DNA of 54,253 nt, from positions 1 to 54,253 of the forward strand of contig DUFC01000003.1 in NCBI GenBank assembly GCA_011191875.1, written 5' to 3'. Each line of letters starts with the position of its first letter. Within the stretch, counting starts at the first letter, position 1. Both the position numbers and the translations under genes were made by a program. The notes below the pieces were generated by a model. It had not been told where the DNA came from. It saw nothing but the letters and a program-made list of their open reading frames with translations, and did not search any database. This DNA is from Dehalococcoidia bacterium. Its GTDB lineage: Bacteria; Chloroflexota; Dehalococcoidia; Dehalococcoidales; W498. This document shows, one piece after another, positions 1 to 8,257 of this stretch.

Positions 1-374
1 AGGTGAATTCCGGGGCGGTTAGAGACATAAACATTTTTTATAGCCAGAGTATCAAAGATTTCAGTAGTGGTAGCCCTGCCTATAGCATTAGGCAGGTCGT
101 GGTTACCGATAAGGAGGAAGATAGGGACACCACTGGTGGATAGACGGTTAATGCGTCTGGCAAATTCCCTCTGCTGAGTTTGACTGGGCTCACGACTCTT
201 ATAAGCATCACCGCAAAAGAGGACAAGGTCTACGCTATTTTCCAGGGCATAGTCTACAACCTGGTCAAGGGCAGATAAAAAATCAAGAAGCCGTGAGGAT
301 ATACCGGTGACGGGGTCAATGCGACCGTAGCTTTCAACACCGAGGTGCAAATCGGCGAAATGGAGGATTTTCAT
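1..374 (-). CDS. sbcD: SbcD/Mre11-family exonuclease subunit (N-terminal part; runs off window)
   Basis: Absent from the ORF track. Manual translation from ATG at 374 gives MKILHFADLHLGVESYGRIDP...VLFCGDAY...LLIGNHD, containing the metallophosphoesterase DxH, GD and GNHD motifs. Confidence 0.9.
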   Translation of the reverse strand, partial: MKILHFADLHLGVESYGRIDPVTGISSRLLDFLSALDQVVDYALENSVDLVLFCGDAYKSREPSQTQQREFARRINRLSTSGVPIFLLIGNHDLPNAIGRATTTEIFDTLAIKNVYVSNRPGIH

Positions 375-380
375 TAGGTA

Positions 381-568
381 ACCCTATTCCCCTTTACCCC
401 GTTAGGAAATTTAAAGGGGTTTCCCCCCTTCCCCTTATCCAGGGGAAGGGGGAATGATATTTAAAAGAGGGGGCTTCGTCCTCTCTTTTACTCTCTTTTA
501 GGACATGCTAGTTTGAAGGAGACGGGGAGGATTATTTATAAGAAGGGGCTTCATCCTCTCTTAAACTC
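381..568. repeat. Cluster of REP-like palindromes
   Basis: Hairpins ACCCCGTTAG..AAAGGGGT (396-420) and CCCCCTTCCCCT..AGGGGAAGGGGG (424-452), plus two copies of AAGAGGGGCTTCRTCCTCTCTT-like (462-490, 538-568). Related copies occur at 33870-33962. Confidence 0.8.
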
Positions 569-586
569 ACTGTATTCGCTGAAGAG

Positions 587-1963
587 CTACCTTTCCTCTC
601 TTTCAACTTTCCATATACTACCGCCAGGCGGTAAAATGAACAGCGATTCACCCTCTAGCTTTGCTTGTAGCGTTGTCTTCAGGTCAACAATGGGGACTCG
701 TATCTGGTTCATAGTATCACGCTCTCGGATGGTGGCTTGCTCATCTTCAAGCGATTGAAAGTCAACAGTAACACAAAAGGGAGTGCCAATCTCATCCTGG
801 CGCCGATAGCGACGACCGATTGATTGGGCATCGTCATAGCTTACCATCCATTGCTGACGCAGGTCAGTATATATCTGTTTAGCTACCGTCACCGGTTTCT
901 CCTGTCGGCTTAGAGGCAATACGGCTACCTTAATCGGAGCCAGAGTGGGGTGGAAGTGAAGTAGCACCCTTGTTTCTCCATCCTCCAATTCTTCGTCGTA
1001 GGCATCGCACAGGAAAGCCAATGTTGAGCGGTCTACCCCTGCCGATGGCTCAATGATATATGGAAGAAAATGTTCTTTGGATTCCTCATCAAAATAATCC
1101 AGACTCTTACCGCTAACACTAGCATGCTGAACCAGGTCAAAGTCACCACGATTAGCAATTCCTTCAAGTTCAGACCACCCCATCGGGAACAGGTAGTCAA
1201 TGTCATAGCACTCACGGGCGTAGTGAGCCAGTTCCTCTTTAGTATGCTGGCGTAGCCGAAGGTTTTCTCTTTTAATACCTAATTTTACATACCAATTAAG
1301 GCGCTCCTCAAGCCAGTAGTTAAACCATTCCTTATCGGTTACCGGTTTAATAAAGAACTCGATTTCCATTTGCTCAAATTCCCGACTGCGGAAGATAAAG
1401 TTACCAGTGGTAATCTCGTTTCGGAAGGCCTTACCGATTTGAGCGATGCCGAAGGGAAGTCTCTTTCTGGTGGTGTTAACCACATTTTGGAAGTTAACGA
1501 ATATACCCTGTGCTGTCTCCGGGCGCAGATAAACGACACTGGCTTCATCCTCAACAGGACCTATAAAGGTCTTGAACATCAGGTTGAACAGGCGGGACTC
1601 AGTTAGTTCACCCCCGCAAGAGGGACAATTACTGTTCTCTAACTCATCACTGCGCCACCTCAGGTGACAACTCTTACATTCTACCAATGGGTCAGCAAAC
1701 CCCTTAAGGTGTCCACTTGCTTCCCATATCTGGGGGTGCATCAGGATGCTGGCATCCAGACCGACCATGTCATCGCGCTCCTGAACCACAGTTCGCCACC
1801 AGGCTTCCTTTATATTGCGCTTCAGCTCTACTCCCAGAGGTCCATAATCCCAGCAACTGGACAGTCCACCATAGATTTCACTACTAGGAAAAATGAAACC
1901 ACGCCGTCGGCAAAGGGAAACAATCTTTTCCATATCAACCTTTATTGGTGCTTGCTCAGTCAC
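587..1963 (-). CDS. glyQS: Glycine--tRNA ligase, alpha2 dimeric type
   Basis: Motifs RRGFIFPSSEIYGG, YLRPETAQGIF, FRNEIT, FRSREFEQME and IEPSAGVDR, plus the anticodon domain SIGRRYRRQDEIGTP. Start moved to GTG 1963, which follows a GAGGAGGA RBS. Confidence 0.96.
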   Translation of the reverse strand: MTEQAPIKVDMEKIVSLCRRRGFIFPSSEIYGGLSSCWDYGPLGVELKRNIKEAWWRTVVQERDDMVGLDASILMHPQIWEASGHLKGFADPLVECKSCHLRWRSDELENSNCPSCGGELTESRLFNLMFKTFIGPVEDEASVVYLRPETAQGIFVNFQNVVNTTRKRLPFGIAQIGKAFRNEITTGNFIFRSREFEQMEIEFFIKPVTDKEWFNYWLEERLNWYVKLGIKRENLRLRQHTKEELAHYARECYDIDYLFPMGWSELEGIANRGDFDLVQHASVSGKSLDYFDEESKEHFLPYIIEPSAGVDRSTLAFLCDAYDEELEDGETRVLLHFHPTLAPIKVAVLPLSRQEKPVTVAKQIYTDLRQQWMVSYDDAQSIGRRYRRQDEIGTPFCVTVDFQSLEDEQATIRERDTMNQIRVPIVDLKTTLQAKLEGESLFILPPGGSIWKVEREER

Positions 1964-2591
1964 TACTAGTCCTCCTCGGATGCTGCATTTTTCTGGAAAC
2001 AATAAAGGCAAGGAACACTACTAAAGCAATGGTGGCTAGCCCCAGAACAATTAGTAGAAATATCCACATAGGCATAAGGTGTATTTGATATGAATTGTAG
2101 CTGAAAATATCGAGCATTGCAAAAAAGACTATAAGCTGCGGCAGAGCAAGAAGGTTGCCCATAAATGATATAACCTTCTCCAGTTTTATCCAAGTGGTTT
2201 CTATTTGCCCGAAGAACTTACCCAGTTTTGTTATCCCCCATATGAGGGCTCCTGCCATTATAGTAAAGAGTAGGTGTGGTATTAATACCCAGACAATAAT
2301 CATTTCACGGCTAAGCCACTTATCAGGCGTACCGTCAAGCTTGAAATGATAGGCAACCTCGGTAGGAAGTAGATGGTAGAAGTAGGCTGATAGAATTATA
2401 GATAAGAAGAGAAAAACCAGTGGCAGGATAATATAGTACCAGCGGAAAGGCAGAGTATGTACTCTACTGGTTTCTATAGCTGGCTTTTTACTTATAGCTT
2501 CACGCCTTCGCCTGAAAATAAGCCAAATGATTACTCCGCAAATTAAACCAACTAAGAAAATTGCACTTATTATCAGGATAGCTATAACCAT
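1956..2591 (-). CDS. DUF1648-type membrane protein
   Basis: About five hydrophobic segments; YHLLPTEVAYHFKLDGTPDKW matches the DUF1648 pattern (LP..v..Hf..dG.pd.w). Confidence 0.75.
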   Translation of the reverse strand: MVIAILIISAIFLVGLICGVIIWLIFRRRREAISKKPAIETSRVHTLPFRWYYIILPLVFLFLSIILSAYFYHLLPTEVAYHFKLDGTPDKWLSREMIIVWVLIPHLLFTIMAGALIWGITKLGKFFGQIETTWIKLEKVISFMGNLLALPQLIVFFAMLDIFSYNSYQIHLMPMWIFLLIVLGLATIALVVFLAFIVSRKMQHPRRTSSD

Positions 2592-2612
2592 CTATTTACT
2601 CGCTTAAAACTT

Positions 2613-4655
2613 CTAGATAAGTCCAGTGAACCCAGCTAAGACTGGTGCTAGAACCAGGGCAATTATTGACATTAGTTTAATCATAATATTTAGAGATGGA
2701 CCCGAGGTATCCTTCATCGGGTCACCAACGGTATCACCGACCACACCGGCTTTATGGGCATCCGAGCCCTTGCCACCAAAATTCCCCTTCTCTATCCACT
2801 TTTTAGCGTTATCCCAGGAGCCACCAGCATTGGCGAAGGTTACGGCTAGTATGAAGCCACTAGCAATAGCTCCCAGCAAGAAACCACCAAGAGCAAGCGG
2901 TCCCAGTATAAAGCCTATGATAATAGGCGCAGCTACCGTTATTAAGCCAGGGGCAAGCATTTCCTTTAATGCTGCTTTAGTGCAAATATCAACGCATTTA
3001 CCATACTCGGGTCTGGCTTCTCCTTCCATCAGACCTTTTATCTCACGAAATTGCCGACGAACCTCGTTAACTATAGAAAAGCTAGTTTTACCTACAGCAT
3101 TCAAGGTCATGGCACAGAAAATAGCTGGTAGCATAGCTCCAAGGAATAATCCAACAACAACATGGACATCGAGCAGACTGATTTCAGCGAATTTAATGCC
3201 CACTGCCTGGGTATAGGATAACATCAATGCTAGGGCGGTAAGAGCAGCTGAGCCAATAGCAAAGCCCTTGCCGGTAGCGGCTGTGGTATTACCCAAAGAA
3301 TCCAAGGCATCTGTTCGCTCTCTAATCTCAGGTGGCAGTCCTGACATCTCAACAATACCACCGGCATTATCAGCTACTGGTCCATAGGCATCGGTGGCAT
3401 CTTGTATACCCAGGGTGGACAGCATACCAACCCCGGCAATAGCTACACCGTAGATATCAGCGAAGTGATGAGCAACAATAAGAGCGGTTACCACCAGAAT
3501 AATAGGGGGTAAGGTGCTCATTAGACCATTAGCAAATCCTTTGGTTATAATTGTTCCAGCTCCAGTTTGAGATGCTTCTGAGATACGGAGGGTCGGAGAA
3601 TAGGCATAAGAGGTAAAATAATTGGTGCTCTCCCCAATTAAGACACCACCAATTAGACCAGCCAGGATTGCCCAGAATATGCCAATATCAGCTTTAAGTA
3701 AATAGACCGCTACGAAAGCGAAAATAGCGGTAAATATAGATGCTGAGAATGTGCCCCGGCGGAGGGCATTGAGTAGCGCTCCCATCTCAGGTTTTTCACC
3801 AACCCTTACCAGGAATATTCCAATAATGGAAGCTATAATACCCCCAGCAGCTACCATCATAGGCAGAAACCAGGCCGTAGCTTCATTGGGAACCAGAGGC
3901 TTACCCACGGTAGTCGAGAAAACAGCTATCATCCCCAGAGTCATAGTGGCAATAATTGAGTCAACATAGGATTCAAAAAGGTCGGCACCCATACCAGCCA
4001 CATCGCCAACATTGTCACCCACAAAGTCAGCGACAACAGCCGCATTCCTGGGGTCATCCTCGGGGATTCCCTTCTCAACCTTACCTACTATATCAGCCCC
4101 GGTGTCGGCTGCCTTGGTGAATATGCCACCACCAACCCTGGCGAATATAGCTACTAAAGAAGCGCCAAAACCATAACCGGGGATAATGAATAGAAAGTTA
4201 GGATGGTTATGAAAGGCGAAGTAGAGGATGCTTAGACCAAGGATACCAATGCCGACGACACACATTCCCATTACGGCTCCACTACGGAAGGAGACTCTTA
4301 AGCCTTGATTCAGGCTCTTTTGGGCAGCAGCGGCCGTCCTACTGTTAGCTCTAATCGCCATATTCATCCCGATATAGCCGGCTAGTCCAGAGCAGATAGC
4401 ACCAAAAACAAAGGAGAGGGCTACCCACCAACCGAGGTTAGGCACTACACCTAGAATGACGCTAACTGCCACTACGAATATAGCTAATATACGGTACTCC
4501 CTACCCAGGAAAGCTAAAGCACCTTCCTTGATAGCGGCTGATATTTCTCTTATCCTCTCCGAGCCTTGCCGTTGCCTCAACACATAGGATGCCATAAAGC
4601 CAGCAACACCTAGACCTAGGACACTAGATATTACTGCGATTAGTATTGGATCCAT
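2613..4655 (-). CDS. hppA: Membrane-bound pyrophosphatase, K+-dependent, probably Na+-translocating
   Basis: Motifs GGGIFTKAADTGADIVGKVE, EDDPRN, DNVGDVAGMGADLFESY, GNTTAA (Ala indicates K+ dependence) and DTVGDPMKDTSGPS. Confidence 0.95.
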   Translation of the reverse strand: MDPILIAVISSVLGLGVAGFMASYVLRQRQGSERIREISAAIKEGALAFLGREYRILAIFVVAVSVILGVVPNLGWWVALSFVFGAICSGLAGYIGMNMAIRANSRTAAAAQKSLNQGLRVSFRSGAVMGMCVVGIGILGLSILYFAFHNHPNFLFIIPGYGFGASLVAIFARVGGGIFTKAADTGADIVGKVEKGIPEDDPRNAAVVADFVGDNVGDVAGMGADLFESYVDSIIATMTLGMIAVFSTTVGKPLVPNEATAWFLPMMVAAGGIIASIIGIFLVRVGEKPEMGALLNALRRGTFSASIFTAIFAFVAVYLLKADIGIFWAILAGLIGGVLIGESTNYFTSYAYSPTLRISEASQTGAGTIITKGFANGLMSTLPPIILVVTALIVAHHFADIYGVAIAGVGMLSTLGIQDATDAYGPVADNAGGIVEMSGLPPEIRERTDALDSLGNTTAATGKGFAIGSAALTALALMLSYTQAVGIKFAEISLLDVHVVVGLFLGAMLPAIFCAMTLNAVGKTSFSIVNEVRRQFREIKGLMEGEARPEYGKCVDICTKAALKEMLAPGLITVAAPIIIGFILGPLALGGFLLGAIASGFILAVTFANAGGSWDNAKKWIEKGNFGGKGSDAHKAGVVGDTVGDPMKDTSGPSLNIMIKLMSIIALVLAPVLAGFTGLI

Positions 4656-4670
4656 TATTCAGTCTCCTTT

Positions 4671-5309
4671 CTATCTATCACTCTCAAATTTCCCCAACCT
4701 ATCCTCCAAATCTTTTTGGCTTATAACTAATGTCAGGTCACTACGTGTCTTTTCCAGTACGCCACGAACCATATCGGTAGTGCGGCGTAGTCCGCCAGTA
4801 ATAGCGTCAGGGAAGTCCATGGTAACTAAAATGCTGTAGATATCGTCCATAGCTTCCAGTAATTCTTCGCCTCTCGATAGGTCACCCCGTCTCATACTAT
4901 CCAGGAGGTAACGCCTTAGCTCGCCTACAGCTTCACCTAATCCGTTCAGGTAAGCTGCAGAGTCAATGTTTAATTCATCAGGGTCGGGAAATCTGCTCCC
5001 GGTAACCAGGGCGAGAGTGAAACTGCCTTCGGCAAACTCCTTCTGAGCATCTCTGATAAAGCCGGTATTACTGAGCTCGTTGTAAGCAGCTACAGCTTGA
5101 TTAGCCTCGTCAAGTAGGTTACGGGCTTGTCGGAGTAACCCCTCAGCCCGGTCGAACTCCTGGCGGTGAATAGCACGAATAGCATTGCTACAGTGGCGAA
5201 TTGTTTCACGACATAGAGGCAGTGCCTTTTCTCTAGCCGCATCTTTGGCTGAGAAGCTTAGCCGAATACGGTCAGTAATTGAATCTAAATTATCGGTTAA
5301 TCTATTCAC
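4671..5309 (-). CDS. Translin/TRAX-family protein
   Basis: All-helical 212 aa protein with AREKAL..CRE.IR.CS.AI.AIH, QKEFAEG, YLNGLGEAVGELRR and LRRTTD motifs characteristic of the translin family. Confidence 0.85.
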   Translation of the reverse strand: MNRLTDNLDSITDRIRLSFSAKDAAREKALPLCRETIRHCSNAIRAIHRQEFDRAEGLLRQARNLLDEANQAVAAYNELSNTGFIRDAQKEFAEGSFTLALVTGSRFPDPDELNIDSAAYLNGLGEAVGELRRYLLDSMRRGDLSRGEELLEAMDDIYSILVTMDFPDAITGGLRRTTDMVRGVLEKTRSDLTLVISQKDLEDRLGKFESDR

Positions 5310-5311
5310 TT

Positions 5312-6373
5312 CTACGCTTCAAGTGTCTCTGCTATTTCCCGGGTTGCTTCTTCTATATCCTCAGCCTGGACTACAGCACTAATCACAGCTACAGAGTCAG
5401 CTCCGACAGCCATAACCTCAGCTGCATTGTCCTTAGTAATGCCACCAATAGCAATCAGGGGTAAGGTTACTGCCTGTCTGATTTGACGCAGCCCGTCTAA
5501 GCCGACTACCTCCGCCATTTCTTTAGATGCAGTTGGATATATTGAGCCGACAGCAATATAATCAGCCCCCTCAGATTCAGCAGTAATTGCTTGGTTTACA
5601 GTAGTTGTTGAGCAGCCCAGGATTTTATTTATTGGCATCAGCTTACGAGCTACTCCTACAGGCAGGTCATTCTGTCCTAAGTGCAGTCCATCAGCATCAG
5701 TGGCTAGAGCTAAGTCAAGGTAGTCATTTACTATAAAAAGTACACCGTGCTCAGCACATAGATTTCTTAGCTGTTGAGCTATAGGCAGCAGCTCCTTTTT
5801 GCTTCGGAGTTTATCACGCAACTGAATTGTTCTAGCTCCTCCCCGAATTACCTGACTGGCTACATCAATGTGGCTACGCCCCTTTACTAGAGCTTGGGTG
5901 TCTATAATGATATAAAGTCCAGGTAAGCACTTTATCTTGTCCTGACGCAATAATTTGGAAAGTAGGGCTTGCTCTATTGTGTAGATATTAAACCTGGCTT
6001 GCTTGAACTTCTCTGAGTCTAATTTAACCTCTGGAATTTTAGCCATCTCCTCCAAGACTCTCAGCGATTCCTGAACCCTTCTGGAATTAGCCATCACCAT
6101 TATAGGTAGCTCCCTCTGCTTCTCCTCACCAGGTGCTTCAATACTGATACCAACATCACCTCCTGCGTTTCGGGCATTTAAAAGTTGCTGCTGGAATGAC
6201 GGGTCAACTTTCAGCATCTCATGTCGCATAATTCTAAATTGCTGAGTTAGAGTAGCATCGTTAAGCAGTAAGCGGGCTAGGTCTTCAAGAAAACGAAGCC
6301 CCTCACCGAAACGATTCAAATTGGCATCAATAATGCGTAGTGCTTCTCTTGGTATTGATTCTGGTGAAGACAT
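5312..6373 (-). CDS. thiE: Thiamine-phosphate synthase with N-terminal ThiD2-type domain
   Basis: N-terminal RIIDANLNR..EGLR.LED...RVQESLRVLEE (long cyanobacterial-type ThiE); C-terminal IQLRDK, FIVND, DGLHLGQND, YPTASK and AIGGI. Confidence 0.93.
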   Translation of the reverse strand: MSSPESIPREALRIIDANLNRFGEGLRFLEDLARLLLNDATLTQQFRIMRHEMLKVDPSFQQQLLNARNAGGDVGISIEAPGEEKQRELPIMVMANSRRVQESLRVLEEMAKIPEVKLDSEKFKQARFNIYTIEQALLSKLLRQDKIKCLPGLYIIIDTQALVKGRSHIDVASQVIRGGARTIQLRDKLRSKKELLPIAQQLRNLCAEHGVLFIVNDYLDLALATDADGLHLGQNDLPVGVARKLMPINKILGCSTTTVNQAITAESEGADYIAVGSIYPTASKEMAEVVGLDGLRQIRQAVTLPLIAIGGITKDNAAEVMAVGADSVAVISAVVQAEDIEEATREIAETLEA

Positions 6374-6374
6374 A

Positions 6375-6575
6375 TTAAAGACGATTCCCCTTTATCACTA
6401 AAGGGATGATAAATATTACACAGCCAATGAGGAAGATGACACTACCGACAAGGCTCAGCATGCTACCTTTCTCGACGCTCGAGGCTATGAAAAAAACAGC
6501 ACAAACCAGAAAAAGAATCCAACCCCAAAGGGAAAACTTCCTTTCCCGGTTACTTTCATCAGGCATAACAATCAC
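6375..6575 (-). CDS. Small two-TM membrane protein
   Basis: Two hydrophobic helices; stop lies 1 bp before the thiE start. Confidence 0.65.
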   Translation of the reverse strand: MIVMPDESNRERKFSLWGWILFLVCAVFFIASSVEKGSMLSLVGSVIFLIGCVIFIIPLVIKGNRL

Positions 6576-6636
6576 TTTCCAACCTTAGTGGTTAATTCTA
6601 GCACAGCCAGATTGGCGGGTAAAGCCGAATAATTCA

Positions 6637-7002
6637 CTATGCACCGCTTACTGCATTTTCAATAAGTTTGATTCGTGATAGCTTCCCCTCTTGGTTCAGC
6701 TCTACGGCTACTACATCAATGCGCCACAGTGGTGGTAAATTATCGTGCGTCTGCCGGTAGCGAGAGGCGACAGTCACTAATTTTCCCATTTTAGATGGTG
6801 TGATTGATTCTTCAGGGCTACCGAACTCCAGGCTCTTTTTAGTTCTTACCTCAATAAAGACTAGGAAATCTTTATCCTTAGCTACAATATCAATCTCGCC
6901 CTCAGGGCAGCGGTAATTAGTTTCCCAAATGTGGTAGCCCCGCTTCTTAAGAAAGTTCTTAGCTAACTTTTCACCCAGGATACCAGTATCCCTGCGATTC
7001 AT
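6637..7002 (-). CDS. yraN: YraN (UPF0102) family nuclease
   Basis: Motifs [24 protein letters not shown] and RIDVVAV; overlaps the rnhB stop. Confidence 0.93.
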   Translation of the reverse strand: MNRRDTGILGEKLAKNFLKKRGYHIWETNYRCPEGEIDIVAKDKDFLVFIEVRTKKSLEFGSPEESITPSKMGKLVTVASRYRQTHDNLPPLWRIDVVAVELNQEGKLSRIKLIENAVSGA

Positions 7003-7640
7003 TTCTCTATTATATCCTTAACTGGTTTAAATGACTGGCGGTGTATAGGGGATGGTCCCAGTTGATATAGGCAGGTGAAATGCTTCTTTGTGCCGTAGCC
7101 TTTGTGTTGGGCTAATCCATAGCCAGGATAAATTCTATCAAGCTCTATCATTAGCTGGTCACGAGACACTTTAGCCATGATAGAGGCACAGGCAATTGAG
7201 AAGCACAAGCTATCCCCGTTAGTTATCCCTTTCTGAGGTAGTGGCACGTCAGGAAGCAGCATGTAGTCTATGAGAAGGGATTGAGGTGGTGGCGAAAGCT
7301 GGTCTACAGCTAGTTTCATCGCCAGTCGTGTTGCTTCAACTATACCCTGACTATCTATTACTTCATTGGTAGCCATACCGATACCTACTGATACGGCTAT
7401 TTCGTGGATGTTATGAAACAAATGTTCTCTGACGACTGGGCTCAACTGTTTGCTATCTTTCACCTGGATGAGCCAGGGGGCATCTATACGGCAGGGTAGA
7501 ATGACAGCAGCGGCTACCACTGGACCAGCTAAGGCACCACGTCCAGCCTCATCAATGCCAGCGATATGCTGGTATCCTTGTGCCTCAAGTATTTTTTCTT
7601 CAGCAAAGGAGGGTGTCTGTAGATTGTTAATTAACCTCAC
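6999..7640 (-). CDS. rnhB: Ribonuclease HII
   Basis: Motifs [48 protein letters not shown] and HRQSF. Confidence 0.96.
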   Translation of the reverse strand: MRLINNLQTPSFAEEKILEAQGYQHIAGIDEAGRGALAGPVVAAAVILPCRIDAPWLIQVKDSKQLSPVVREHLFHNIHEIAVSVGIGMATNEVIDSQGIVEATRLAMKLAVDQLSPPPQSLLIDYMLLPDVPLPQKGITNGDSLCFSIACASIMAKVSRDQLMIELDRIYPGYGLAQHKGYGTKKHFTCLYQLGPSPIHRQSFKPVKDIIEK

Positions 7641-8257
7641 CCCCTATATTTGCCCCAAAAATCAAAAATATTTAGATACCTTTATCCCCTCTCTCAACCG
7701 AGGTTTACGAAAGGTAAAATGCCTAATGTTTCCTCAGAGACGCTATACGGAGGATAGACATAGTATAATATACCTTTACTTCCGTGTCATCTACTTCAAT
7801 CCTTTATATAAAGGACTTAAAGAAGCTTTTTACTCGGTTATGAAAGATTTCACCATCAACTTTCTCAGGTCATTAGCCTAGTCCTATACCAATTGAGGAT
7901 TTGCCATGTCCGTACTCTCGTAGTGCAAATTCTCCTCTTCCCTAAAAAGCTAGGTTGAAAGAAATACTTTATATAGAAATATCCCGCTTTACCAGAATAG
8001 ATAACAGTTCTTTACCCTGCCTCATGGTAACCATGAGATGGTCACTGTGGTAAGATAGAGAAGACAGATTGTAGGAATTATTGCCGGGAGCTACCCTTAA
8101 TTCTTTGAAAGGCTACAGTGTTATCGGATTTGGACAACCGGATTAACATGCTAGTTCAATGGATGTTGGAGGTAAAACACTTATGGACTCACCAGGCACG
8201 ATGGCTTCCCCAAAACCCCATTGCAAACGATATAATTAGACAGGCAGATGAGGCGCC

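Noticed and set aside
2626-3216. Long antisense ORFs (this one and e.g. 11741-12193, 44098-44517, 45429-45887)
   Set aside because: They lie opposite well-conserved genes, have Pro/Ala/Ser/Ile-biased shadow composition and show no motifs.
7450-7881. 143-aa plus-strand ORF overlapping rnhB
   Set aside because: The first half is antisense to rnhB; it has no RBS or recognisable motif.
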